A DNA stretch of 64,000 nucleotides from Lytechinus pictus (lineage: Eukaryota): the NCBI RefSeq assembly GCF_037042905.1, contig NC_087250.1, positions 4,838,001-4,902,000 on the forward strand, given 5' to 3'. Of the stretch, positions 51,881-64,000 are shown piece by piece. The notes beneath the pieces are model-generated. The model had not been told where the DNA came from and made no database searches. It worked only from the letters and a program-made list of their open reading frames with translations. Position 1 is the first letter of the stretch. The number at the start of each line of letters is the position of its first letter. The position numbers and the translations under genes were made by a program.

Positions 51881-52932
51881 TTAAACAGCATTTTCTATGA
51901 AATTTAACGTGGAAGAAAAAATCAGAGTTTAGAATGTGAACCCATTCAAAGTAAACAACGTCCTCTTTACGGTTTTTGATGATCTTTTGTTTTCTTTCTT
52001 ATCATAAGCAGAGCTGCATCGTCCTCTAAAGCCGCGCACTACATTATACTTTGTACACGAATGTATGTAGTTGCTTGCCAATACTTTCAACATTTTGCCA
52101 AGTTATATTATTTTTTTAACATTCATGCATTATTTGTTACATTAATTTGTGTAGAGTATTAACCTGGCGTACTTTGTGTCTTGTTCATGTAGCAATAATG
52201 TGGTTACATCTAATCATTTTCTCATTTTTAATTATAATGTGATGTGATGGAGATGTTCACCTTTTATGCACTTTATAATTGTATAAAGACGATATTGTAC
52301 CAGCAATTTCTTATGATTATTTATATAATTGTTTTATTGGTAAGTTACTGGTAGAGAGCGCTTTGAAAGGGTTTAGTATTTGATGATACCAGAATACCGA
52401 TCATTGATTATATATTTTGAAGATTTTTGCTATATTTATTGGCGAATTCCTTGTATGATTATTTCATTGGTATTAAAGTTACTTGTAGAGAGCACTTTGA
52501 AAGAGTTTAGTAATGATACTGGAATATCGATCATTGATTATATATTGAAAAAAAAAAATTGTGCTACATGTACATGTACATTAAAGGCAAATGACGGACC
52601 TGAATCCCAACCATGTGAATTTCAATCCTGATGCTTTTCAGTGTTTAAAAAAAAAAATCAAATTATGGGGGAAATCTCTTTTTGTTTCAAAGGGAACTGA
52701 AATTGATTGAACTTCAAGTACATGTATGTAAAAACACATAGTGAAATAAATCTTTCCATGGACTATGTGTACTGTACTACTGAATATCTCGATACAGATT
52801 GATGTTCGTAATGTTCATCAATCAGAAAGACACGCATATCATGGACAAAGTATGGTTTGAAATTGATTGATCTTCCTTGTAATACAAACCGATACAGAAT
52901 GTGCAAGGTGATTATGTTCATAAGAGTTGGAC

Positions 52933-53077
52933 TAGTCTACAAATGTAGACCCACATCTGCAGTGTGTGTATCACAGCTGATTCTATGCAGACTAGGTCAA
53001 ATGGCTCGCTTCGCTCGACCTTTCGCAAACTAGCAGATCCCACCTCACGAGCCATTCAGAGTCTGCATAGCAGACTA
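52933..53077. mobile_element. Short non-autonomous element, AcademH-like
   Basis: Termini TAGTCT...AGACTA; exact 9-bp TSD GAGTTGGAC on both sides; right end forms the hairpin AGTCTGCATAGCAGACT. Confidence 0.65.
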
Positions 53078-53750
53078 GAGTTGGACAGGGCCGTTTTCGG
53101 AAGCTGATCTGTAACTAACAATCAATCAATAAAATGAAAATACATGTATAAATCTGAATATTGAATATATTAGATAATGAATGAATAAACAAATGAAGTA
53201 AATAAATAAATTTATAAATAGATAAATAAATGAATACATATTTTCTAACAGCGCATGTGCATATATTGTGCATTGAATTCAGTACTCTACATTCAGCTGC
53301 CTTTAAACCAATTTTAAATCTGTTCCAAGTCATTGAACTTTAATACAGTTAATTCTTGAAAGAATGAAAAAAGGAAAAACAAACAAAAAACAAACCTCAC
53401 ACACACATTGCTAGGCTATGTATCGATTGTCATAGAAGGTTTGTTTATAGTGTCTTGATTTTTACACATGTATATTAATCATGTTTTTGTTTCTGAATGA
53501 TGTGTTTTATTTTGAGCCAAAGAGACCATTCATTCCTGACCATGAAGCCTATGATCAGGGCATTTACCTAATCATGGTCCATTATCTAACCCTGGATTAT
53601 TATCTCAGAGATCTACATGTATCTGTAACTCGGCTAATTTATTGATCCTTGAAATGTGTGGTACACAGATGCATGTATATACCAAAGGCCTTGTATATGA
53701 TTGAGTTTTTACAGACATGTATCAATCATGCACATGATATTTACATTTTA

Positions 53751-54020
53751 GAGGTGTTGTGGCTCAGTGGGCAAGCGTCTGGACTTTGAACGACAAGGTC
53801 AGGGGGTCACATCCCATCGCAGCACTCGCGTCCTTTGGCAAGGCGTTCATCTACATTTGCCTCTCTCCACCCAGGTGTACATGTAGTAAATGGGCACCCG
53901 GTTTGGAGGAATTCCTTGAATGCTTGAGCGTCCGATCAGGATAGCGAAGCTAAAGCCAGGGTTATAGTATGCAGCGCTTAGAAGCATTTGTATTAAGCGC
54001 TATATAAATGTTGCATAAAT
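53751..54020 (+). mobile_element. tRNA-derived SINE with L2-like 3' end
   Basis: A box TGGCTCAGTGG, decayed B box, core GGCAAGGC...CTCTCTCCACCCAGGTGTA...AAATGGG, tail AGCGCTTAGA...AGCGCTATATAAAT. Confidence 0.8.
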
Positions 54021-54122
54021 TACATCTGGGACCTTTCATGTCCAGAGCTTATTAGCCTCTAGACGAGGCTTATTTTTAGCTGTTATCTCCTTTCTCCTCT
54101 TCTTCTTCTGGAAACAGTACTG

Positions 54123-54382
54123 GGCCCTGTGGACGATTGATCCAGTCAATCGCAATTGTATGGAAATCCATCCATGCCGTAATTTTTTTCTACAAGAAAT
54201 TTATACAATCTCCCAAGTAAACAAAGAGAATCACTCTGATACTTCAAGAGATCAATAAATGTATGAATGTATAATATCTAGTAAATATTTTTGGAACAAA
54301 TTTGCATTTTAGATGTTGACACTGCTTTTCATCCATAGTTATGGTTAATCGGATCAATCGCAACTTTTTGTACGACGGGGCC
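54123..54382. mobile_element. Harbinger-like MITE (degenerate); inverted relative at 63076-63333
   Basis: GGGCCC termini with CWG flanks; shared TGGAAATCCAT / ATGGATTTCCA and GAAATTT..ACA motifs. Confidence 0.6.
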
Positions 54383-55336
54383 CAGGCCACAAAATACATG
54401 TATCATTAAAATGTGGCTGAATCCATTTCTTTGCCCAATCTAGCAAAACATAATAGTTCGTATTACAATGGCTGGAATACAATACAATTATATGAAACCG
54501 TTCAAACTTCCCCCTTTCATATCAGGGACTTTCCCTCGATGTATAATGATGTCATCTATTGAACTGCACTATACTACAAGTAGCTGAAAGTCCAATGAAT
54601 ATTGTTGAATTTATTGTACCTTTATTATGTGTGTTTATTATACATTATGTACATTTTATATGCTGCTTTATCTTGCATTCTATGATACAGTAAATATATT
54701 TAGAAATAAAAGAAGTACCGGTACAAACTTCATCACAATGTATAACCTTAATTGTGTGTACGTGTATTTACCTGTACTTTATACTGGTATTGTGAGTCAG
54801 TTTTACATGTATATGTTGCCAATTTGCATGGTGCTACTGATCTGTTTGATGAATGGAATGATGATGCACAGTCGATGGTGTAGTTATAACTTTCAAGGGG
54901 CTACGTGTGGGTATGAATCGATATTGTAATTGTTTGTAGGTGGGCAAAGAACCTTAGCACCCCCCCCCCGAAATTAAAAAGAATAAAATAAAATGAATGA
55001 CTGACAGAATAAATGATTGAATGAATAAATAACTGACAGACAGAATAAATGAATGGATTAATAAATTGATGGATGGTGGATGAATGAATGGATGAATAAA
55101 TAGAACTAAAAAAAACAAGTTTCTCAATATTTTACCAGCAATAGACCTGGAATTTATTTACATGTAGACAGGTCAAGCTGAATGGCAACTGAAAAGCGAT
55201 ACATTTTTTTTTTTTTTAAATGAATGACTTTTTGTGAACATACAGTTTAGAATATTAAACTGCAGAGGAACCGAGAGAGAGAGAGTGAAGAGATTGACAA
55301 TGAAGGAGAAGAGAGAGATAGAGCCGAGAAGCTATA

Positions 55337-55885
55337 CCGTGTTACTCCCCCCCCCCCCCACTTAAAATTTGGCACCTTAAAAATCCCTGATTTTGCGGGG
55401 AAAAAAATAAACACATAACTACTATAATAGTATGTTCTCCCAAATAATTTGATACCATATTTGTGTAGTACATGTATGTGTTAATGCTTCGATGACGGTG
55501 TTCTTTGCAGCGATGTTAGTTTTGACTTCCGCCAAATTAAGGCATGACTGCAATGAATGAATCCAGATGCCAATGATGTCTCAATCCTGCATGCGTTTTT
55601 CAATAGATTTTAATGCAACCCTTTTAGGATTATGACATCATTGACATCTGGATTCATTCATTGCAGTCATGCCTTACTTTGGCACACATCAAAATTTATA
55701 TCACTGCAAAGAATACCTCTTGTTCATCCAAGCGTTAACACATACATGTACCCCATAAATGTGGTATCATTTTATTTGGGAGAACATACTCTTTCAGGCC
55801 ATATATAATAATTATGCGTTCATGACATATTTTTTCTTAAAATTGGGGATTTGAGAGGTGTCAAGTTTTTTTTTAACCCACACGG
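55337..55885. mobile_element. TA-target foldback MITE (CCGTG termini)
   Basis: TA|CCGTG...CACGG|TA; internal inverted arms GCATGACTGCAATGAATGAATCCAGATG / CATCTGGATTCATTCATTGCAGTCATGC. Confidence 0.75.
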
Positions 55886-56062
55886 TAGTATAGGGAGAAA
55901 ACGAGATGGGGTAGGAAACAGTGATATTATGAATGCCTGACACAAATATGAAAAATCAAATCTTTAAAATCTTTGAAAAATAATAAAAACAACTAAGATG
56001 CTACATGAAGTTCATTTGCTGTGTTATACAGTTCCACCTTGTATTTCTACTCTGTGTATTAA

Positions 56063-56635
56063 AGGAGAATGAAACTCTTGGAGCAAGTTAGCTTTTGTGA
56101 AAGCAGAAAAATCAAAGAATAAGATCAACAAAAGTTTGAGTAAAATAGGACTAGCAATAGAAGAGTTATGAGCATTTGAATGTCGAGATCACTAATGCTA
56201 TGGAGATCCTCCCATTGGCAATGCGACCAAGATCTATGATGTCACAGATGAACAACTCTCCCCTTTTGGACACTGAAGATCGATATACCCCAAAACATCT
56301 CTTTTTGCTCATTCTAATCATATGACAAACGATTCATCAATGATATAATGTTGTGAAACCTCTGTACTTGTCCTCTGATAAAGAGAACACCTCACCTTGT
56401 GATAGACTCTATAAAAGTGAGAATATAAGTGAAATAAGTACTAAAGTAATTAGGGAGTTGTACGTGTGTGACATCGCAGATCTTGGTCGCATTGCCAATG
56501 GGAGGATCTACATGGCATTAGTGATCTCAATATTCAAATGCTCATAACTTTCTTATTATTCATTCAATCTTTGTTTCTTTGATTTTTCTTTTTGATATGG
56601 ATTCAGCTGGTTTCAAGGGTTTAATTCATTCTCCT
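56063..56635. mobile_element. TTAA-target MITE related to 47435
   Basis: TTAA|AGGAGAATGAAAC...TTCATTCTCCT|TTAA; shared CCTCCCATTGGCAATGCGAC arm motif but different core. Confidence 0.85.
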
Positions 56636-56880
56636 TTAAGCACAAAACCTCTTGCAAAATCTAAAACTTGGCGAAAATTTCACTTTAAATCATCTTCTGT
56701 TGTCACTCTATTTTTGCTAGACACCCCAACCCACTCATACTCTCACAAATTACTTTGTATTGGTTTATATTGTTCATAATTATGACAGGTTTATAATAGA
56801 TTCATATTATGTATATTGTGTTCTACATGTATATATGCTTTTAAAAAACTATACTCTACACATTTTCCAACATTTTGTTG

Positions 56881-57176
56881 CAGGCGCGGATCCAGGGGGG
56901 GGGGTGGCACAGGGGGCATTTTAATTTTTCTTCTCAAGAGGGGGGAGGGCACGTGCCCCCTCTTGAGAAGATTTTTTTTTTTAATCGGGTACGAAATATC
57001 CTGAATTTGTGGTTGAAAACCTTTTTTTTATATTTTTTTTGTTGCTTGTCAAATTTGTTCTGGTACGAAATATCCTTAATTTGTGGTTAAAAATCGTGTT
57101 TTTTGGGGCTTGTCAAAATTTTCCTCCGAAAAATTTGCCCCCCCCCCCCTTTTGGAAAATCCTGGATCCGCCCCTG
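56881..57176. mobile_element. hAT-like MITE
   Basis: CAGGCGCGGATCCAGG...CCTGGATCCGCCCCTG; exact 8-bp TSD TTTTGTTG. Confidence 0.85.
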
Positions 57177-60100
57177 TTTTGTTGCAATGGAAATCTCAGC
57201 AATCCTCTTGAACCCCTGACCTCATTTATTACATGGCAGATTTGGAATTTGATTTAATACTGGTACTCTACATGTACAAGTAGCTAAATGAGGGTTTTTT
57301 TAAATTTGCCTTCGGTTTCAGTTCAGGAGTGTGTACAGCTCAGCTTTGTACATGTAGCTCAATGCATATCATTGATTTTGTATTAGGTAGGCCTACAGAA
57401 TGTATAACACAAAGTCTGGCGACCTTGACAGACAAGAAATAGAAACAAATTACTAATGAATTTCCAGGATTAGGATCATTTTTTAAATTTCCTATTCAAT
57501 ACTTCTGAATTATTGAATAAGCTTTGCATTTTTTTTGTGTCAGCGCGGTTGCCAATAGTAATTTTACAATGTTTTGATTCCATGAAAATTGCCACTTTTG
57601 TCAATTTTTATTATGTTTCCATGGTTATAACAGGGTAGCAATCATCAGATTCATTTTAATAATGGAATTCAGAAGACGGTACATACCAAATTTCTAAGGT
57701 ATCACAACAAGGAAATAAATTGTGCACAATGAAATAGTGGTATAATAATGGGGTGAAAACAAATGCAATGGTTATTAGTGGGCAGAGAGGAAGCAAGTGA
57801 AGGTGAGAAAGAGTGATAGAAAGAAAGAGAGAGAGAAAGGAAGGAATGAAGAAAGAAAGAAAGAGAGAGAAAGAGAAAGTCAAAGAAAGAAAGAAAAGAA
57901 CAAATGAATGAACAAAAGAGAGAGAGAAAGAAAGGAAGAAAATTATATGAGAGAATGAGTGAGATAGACCGAAAGTTAGAAAAAGGAACGGGTAGATGGT
58001 TCCATAACATTTGCTCTGGCGACGATTGCTCTAGCTCTATGAATTTCACTCACTAATCAAATAACTAACTTTAGTTACTTACCCTACCCAAAACCCGAAC
58101 CCTAAACTTAGCTTGCAACCCTAGTAGAGTACTGAAGTCAATGCATTATTGGCCTTGTTCCTAACATTGAGAACCAGTCTAATTATACACTGACTTCAAT
58201 GGGGCTAATTATGTATTCATGAGGTCATATCTCAGGCCCCCATGGACCGATTCGCATCAAATTTTGGAAGTGCGGGTTTTTCATCATGCCTTACCAAAAC
58301 TTGGTATCAAAAACGCTAAAATGCTAAAAAAAAATTTGTGATGTCATCACTTTGGAACTCTATTGCAACCCTAATCCTACATCATCATGAATCAAAGCCT
58401 GGAGCAATTGTTGCAGGAACAAATTTCCCGTCACCAGGGAAGAAATATCAAAGCCATCGTAATCAAAATACAGAAGAGGACAAAAAAAACACAAAGATAA
58501 ATCAAATCTTGCAAGTTTGTATTTTTATTGATTTAAATCAACCTTCAATGAACACAAACAATGTTCTCTGTATTTAGTCCATTATCGTAAACATTACAAA
58601 AACACTAACAAAATAAGTTCTTTCAAAGCTAACATACGGAAGAATATTATTGAAGTCGCTATGATGAACATAGGATCTGCTTAAGTTACATGTATTTTCT
58701 TTGAAAACTCTAGCTTGAATCTCACATATTAATGTTTCTTTTCTTCAAATGCAAGTGCACAAAATATATACATGCTTTTTTTCCAATGCAAGTTGAACTT
58801 TACAAAACAAAGTGTTTACACTTATAAAACATAGCGTTTCTCGTCATGAAGTAACGCAACGTCGACATGATAACGTCAATCGGAAGTCAAAGAAAACAGG
58901 CGACTTCTGCCAATTACAATCATGAATACCTTACATCGAATGTGTTAAATGTTTTAGAAACATCATCAAAATTATCTCCTTTTTATGAATCCTCAAATGT
59001 TGAATACAATGCCCTTCTTTGAATAATACATTTGCAAGTCTGGCTCACGATTTTACTGCAAGAATAAACACTTTTCTTTATTAATGTTTTTTTTTTTTGT
59101 GGTGGAGTACATACATGTATTTCCAGATGGGTCACACACGTTCGCTTTGAATATTCAGCCCATAACGCAGACCTGCCAACCTTCTACAACAAAAAAAAGT
59201 ATTCTTAGAACGAAAAAAAAGTATCTATTGAAAAAAAAAATAGTATTTTTAAAAATTTGTCTCAATGTTACAATCGCCAGTCTGTTGTAGTGAGATCGGT
59301 GAAAAAAAAACATGTGAAATGACTCTACTTGAAAACCATTTTAAACATGTGCTCGTAGGCAAGAATTTACATGTTCTTTTCATGCAACAAGTTACTGGCC
59401 CGACAGTGATTTTTACTGGTCTGGGACTGTCGGACCGGCGCTAGTGTCACGCCCTTGTTACCGTGTGTAACACATACTCCATGATCGAAAATTAGAAAAA
59501 AAAAGCAACAAATCATACAAAACAAGTATTGGTGTATTCATAGCAAAAAAGAGGAACCAATACTCTATAAAGGGAACGGTTGGCATGTCTGATATGATGT
59601 GACATTTTTTCTTAAATTTCTTTGAATGATGCAGAGAGCCCCTAAGGTCATGACATAACGTGACATTCTTATCTGTAAGTCGTTCTCGTTCCTCAACCTA
59701 CTAACTTCTAACCTCAACCTTTCTCTCGCTCTCTCAACTTATAACTAGTTCCAGGACTTACTAGCTAGTTCCCTCTGCTTTCTAACCGGTGGATTAAAAA
59801 CCGATAAAGCAATCGGACACCTGAATGTACACAACAATAACAAACAATCTCTTTGTATGAACGCAGCAAGAAATATATAAAGAAGCAAAGACATTTCTAA
59901 TTGAAGTCATAAACACCTTCTGCTATACCTCTTTTAACATGTACATGAACTTATTTTTTGTCTTCTTATTTTACATTTTTTATGAATACAATTTGTGAAT
60001 AATAAATAGAAAATGGTGCGTGGCTGTACAGTTTAGGATTTCAAAACTTTTACAATAATCTACACAATATAGTACCTTATTCATTTAACTTCGATTCAAA

Positions 60101-61358
60101 TTCTATTTGGTTTATAATCAGTCCTTCTGGGGTAAATGACATTCATTTCCTTCCCTTTTCCTAGATTTCTGACATAATTCACGCCATAAATCACATATCT
60201 TCTGTGTATTACACATCACAATTTACACGTAAGGGCATTTATGCATACAATCCACATATGCCCATATTCTGTACTCTGGTTTAACGTAAACCATGGTCTG
60301 AAGACAAAAGTTAGGATTGTTACTACGGGAAGCCAAACGGGGGCATCAATACCTAGAATTAGGTGATCAATCTTTTATCATCATATTTGGCATTCAAATT
60401 ATTAACATAATTCTCGAAATGATAAATACAACAGTTTTCTTCCTCATTATTGGAAAGATACCAGTAAAGACAAGAAATTAAAATAATAAGAATTGCGGCG
60501 TTAACAATATCTTGAACCTCGTAGCTTCTCATAATCTTAGTAGAGATTTAGACCATGGCCTAAGTTAAACTGGACTTTAGAATACTATCTATTGGTAGTT
60601 AAAAGGCATTATCTACATATTAAGTAATTCATGTTACATACATGGCCAATGTCCTTCTACCTCCAATCATGTTTAGACGATACAATCTGTAGCATTTATC
60701 ACTAGCATTTATTAAATTGTACAAGTACTTTCAAATGGCAATACTTTTCCCTCAAACATCAATCGTTCAAGCACCCCCATCTATAACAATCGACCAGCCC
60801 CTCAATATGCAATATGCTGCTGTGCTTTGGGAAGTTCCATTCATTTCAAAAGGGGTGACTTTTACAAAGCTTTGTATGCACCCATGTGTATATGGATCTA
60901 TACATACATGTAGGCCCAAATGAATGAAAACTTAATTATGTACAGTACGGTTAATATAACATAAATTGCAAGTGTATATCAATGATGAACATTGACTTTG
61001 GGCAAACAGACTCAATGATGAAGACTAAAATGAGATGAAAAAACAACAAAATCTTCAAAAGCAACAAAATTCTAATGAATAAATAATCTCATAAAACATA
61101 CAGTGAAGGGATATAGAATAAAGAGAAATAGAAACAGAGAGAGGGAGAGAGATGTGATAAAATACTGTATATCACTCCAAATCTCAATTTTATTACAAAT
61201 ATATTTTTTTATATTTTCACAAAAACTTTGAATTTACTAGGAGAGCATATTTGTAACCTGAATACATAAAGTGAGCAATGCAAACAATCTTAGAAAATCA
61301 TCATTATCACTTTTGTCATCATTATCATTACCGGCACCATAATCATCATCATCATCAT

Positions 61359-61395
<37 letters not shown>

Positions 61396-61808
61396 ACAAG
61401 AACATACAAACTTAATGAATTTCTGACCAATTATTCTTTGTACAAGACCAAAATGTAAGGCATTTTCTCCACAAAAATATTTCCATCTTTTTTTCTAGTT
61501 GAACTTGACAAAAAAATGAAAAGAATATTTTCTTAAGCTTTGATCAACATAATGTACAATCCACATACACGTATCTTTGTTACTGTTGATGAAGACATGC
61601 ATGCATGCGGGTATTGTCACAATTCTTTCGTCCATTGCGATGAGGAGAAATTGAATAAAAAAGTTAGTAGATATATGTGTTTTTTCACGCATATATGACT
61701 TACAATTATGGTAACTTTGCTATCATGGTGACTACGATCGAAACCTTGATTGTCAGTGGCTGCTGAGCTCAGTTACCATGGTAATAGATATAATGACATT
61801 ATGGTTAA

Positions 61809-62219
61809 AGACGAATGCCAGTTTTGGTAACAACCTCAAATTGAGTTCGAATAGAATCCAATCAAATCGCCACCCAAGTGTTTGTATATACTGTATGTAT
61901 AAATAAAAATATGTGAATCTTGGAAAAAATGTGTAGTTGCTGAAAAATGAGCAATATAAACACACACTTCCATAAAATGTTAGGTCTTTTTTCAAGTGAT
62001 ATTAATACACTCTCCCACATATGCCTTTTTGTGTCAGTGATCATCAGAATTATCGGTTTTCGGCTCAAATTCCATGATTTCACAAAGATAAGGACAGTAA
62101 AATCAACGTTGATTTCAATGTACCAGATCTAGATCTATGATAATATGGTGGTAATTGACCTTGATTTTAAAAAGACGTTCTCGTGAACTAATTGTTGCTG
62201 CAACTACTCTCTTTTACCT
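61809..62219. mobile_element. TTAA-target MITE related to 51487, opposite orientation
   Basis: TTAA flanks; contains TGTACCAGATCTAGATC and CTGCAACTA, reverse complements of motifs in 51487. Confidence 0.65.
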
Positions 62220-63696
62220 TTAAGAAACCATAATTGTCTGTCCTTAATAAAACAGCAGGGAGGGTAGTCTAGGCTTGCAGTTCCAAGAAACAAGGCAACT
62301 GGAGATAACCTTCTCCTGTAGATTTTTTGAATGAGACTTGGTCCGAGGCCGAGGCAAGGGTCGGCAACATGCGGCCGCGACTACATCCCTACAAAAATAC
62401 CTCCCCTCAAATATATTTCTCTCTAAAAAAATCTTATATGATTGATAATCCCATAAAATGTAATTACAGGTCTAGCCATAGTAGGAGACTCCACATTACT
62501 GATCCCAAACCTAAAGTTCTTAAGAATTCTAAGTACAATTTTTTAAGCTGAATACATTTAACGTATGAATACAGATAAAAGATATGAATGATTGATTGAT
62601 TTGTGGCCTTTGAAAGCTGTCAATAAGAACTTGGCATTAATGTTAAAATTTATGGTGCACAACAAAGTGAGATATCATTTTGTAAATGCACTCAACATGG
62701 AAACGAACAAGAATTAAAAAAGATACAAATTTGTATATTCACTAAAAAGGAAGTACATATTTTTTATGGAAAGTTAATTCAAGGGTGTTACACCTTAACT
62801 CTTTACAAAGGAAGTCTTCAAATTATTTGAATTACATTTCATTATTTTTAGAGAATGGAAGTATAATAATGAATGAAAACGATTTAAAACCTACTGTTTC
62901 TATGAGAGTGCAAATTGCAAAAGTGTATGATTTTAGGAAGAAATTAATGAAAAATATTGTGCTACTGGTATTGGTAATGAAATAATCTGCGAACAAATAT
63001 CTTTCATTTTCTACAAGTCTGAAAGCAATTTTTCACAACCTTTTTCATTTAAGCTTGTCAAGCAAGGTAACATGAGGGTCCCGTATTACAAAGAGTTGAG
63101 ATTGATCCCATCAAACAAAACTATGGAAAGCCAGCAATCTCAACATAAAAAAGTCATGTTTTATGAATATTCATACATTCATTGTTTTTTTCATAATTCA
63201 GTATGTCCCCCTTTGTTCACAAAAGGACAATGTAAAAAATTTCCTGTAGGAAAAATTATGACAATGATGGATTTCCATATACATGTAGTTGAGGTTGAAC
63301 CGATCATTCAGAACTCTTTATAAGATGGGGGCCCAGTTCGACAAAAAACAGCTTCGAACTAAGACAATGGGAAACATTCAGTTCTGAAAAGCGTTGATGT
63401 CTTTTTTCCTTCGTCACCACTATTCTTAACACTCCATAATGATCATATACGGTAATTTTGTATCGGTGATCTAAATACTGAAAAAGTTTGATGTCAGAGT
63501 CAAAACTTTGATGCGACAGATCAGGACAGGCAACAGTATATTGATAATTATTCTATGCCTAAACTTCATTTTGCGATTTTGATTTGAAGAGGGAAAATTA
63601 ATGGTAGTATATTTTCATGATGTTATAACGGGTATCTCACAAAGGGAATACTCCCAGTGGTGAAATTTTCAAAAAAATTAAAAATAGTAAATTATT

Positions 63697-63991
63697 ATAA
63701 TAATAATAATAATAATACAGGTATATTTACCCAGGGAAGCCGCTTCAGTTCCGAAAACTGTTCTCCCAGCGGGCCCTGCTATTATTATTACCCCGGCTTT
63801 AGCTGGGCTGCCTAGGCGCTCAAAGCATTCAAGGAATTTCTTCCTACCGGGTACCCATTCATCTCACCTGGGTTGAGTGCAGCACAGTGTGGATAAATTT
63901 CTTGCTGAAAGAAATTACGCCATGGCTGGGATTCGAACCCACGACCCTCTGTTTCAAAGTCCGAAGACTAATCCACTGGGCCACAACGCTC
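63697..63991 (-). mobile_element. tRNA-derived SINE, apparently full length
   Basis: Minus strand has A box TGGCCCAGTGG, B box GGTTCGAATCC, central ACCCAGGTG..AATGGGTACC core and (ATT)n tail; fragments at ~1620-1695, 20738-20888 and 24610-24795. Confidence 0.9.
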
Positions 63992-64000
63992 CAGTGTTCT

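Overview
AT-rich, repeat-dense animal genomic DNA. The repeat families and gene style suggest a marine invertebrate, probably a sea urchin (inference). One clear conserved gene is present: a ceramide-1-phosphate transfer protein (CPTP/GLTPD1, GLTP fold) on the + strand, in two coding exons (45278-45393 and 48842-49358, about 210 aa). A second spliced gene is missed by the ORF track: a small Cys/Asp-rich protein (exons 39363-39501 and 40420-40506, probable start exon 30986-31037). It ends in ACDCKDCGDCDCGNCDCGDCGNCDCNFS*, and its last intron holds a tandem repeat carrying five perfect CRE palindromes. Most of the remainder is transposon-derived: a 4-kb Academ(X)-type relic with a decayed XPG/Cys-finger ORF, an AcademH-like MITE, TTAA-target (Kolobok/T2-like), TA-target, hAT-like, Harbinger-like and Sola-like MITEs (several nested or foldback), a probable solo LTR, tRNA-derived SINEs, LINE 3' ends and large simple repeats. 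No prokaryotic systems, CRISPR arrays or genuine tRNA/rRNA genes are supported. Family assignments come from motif recognition and recall, not from database searches.
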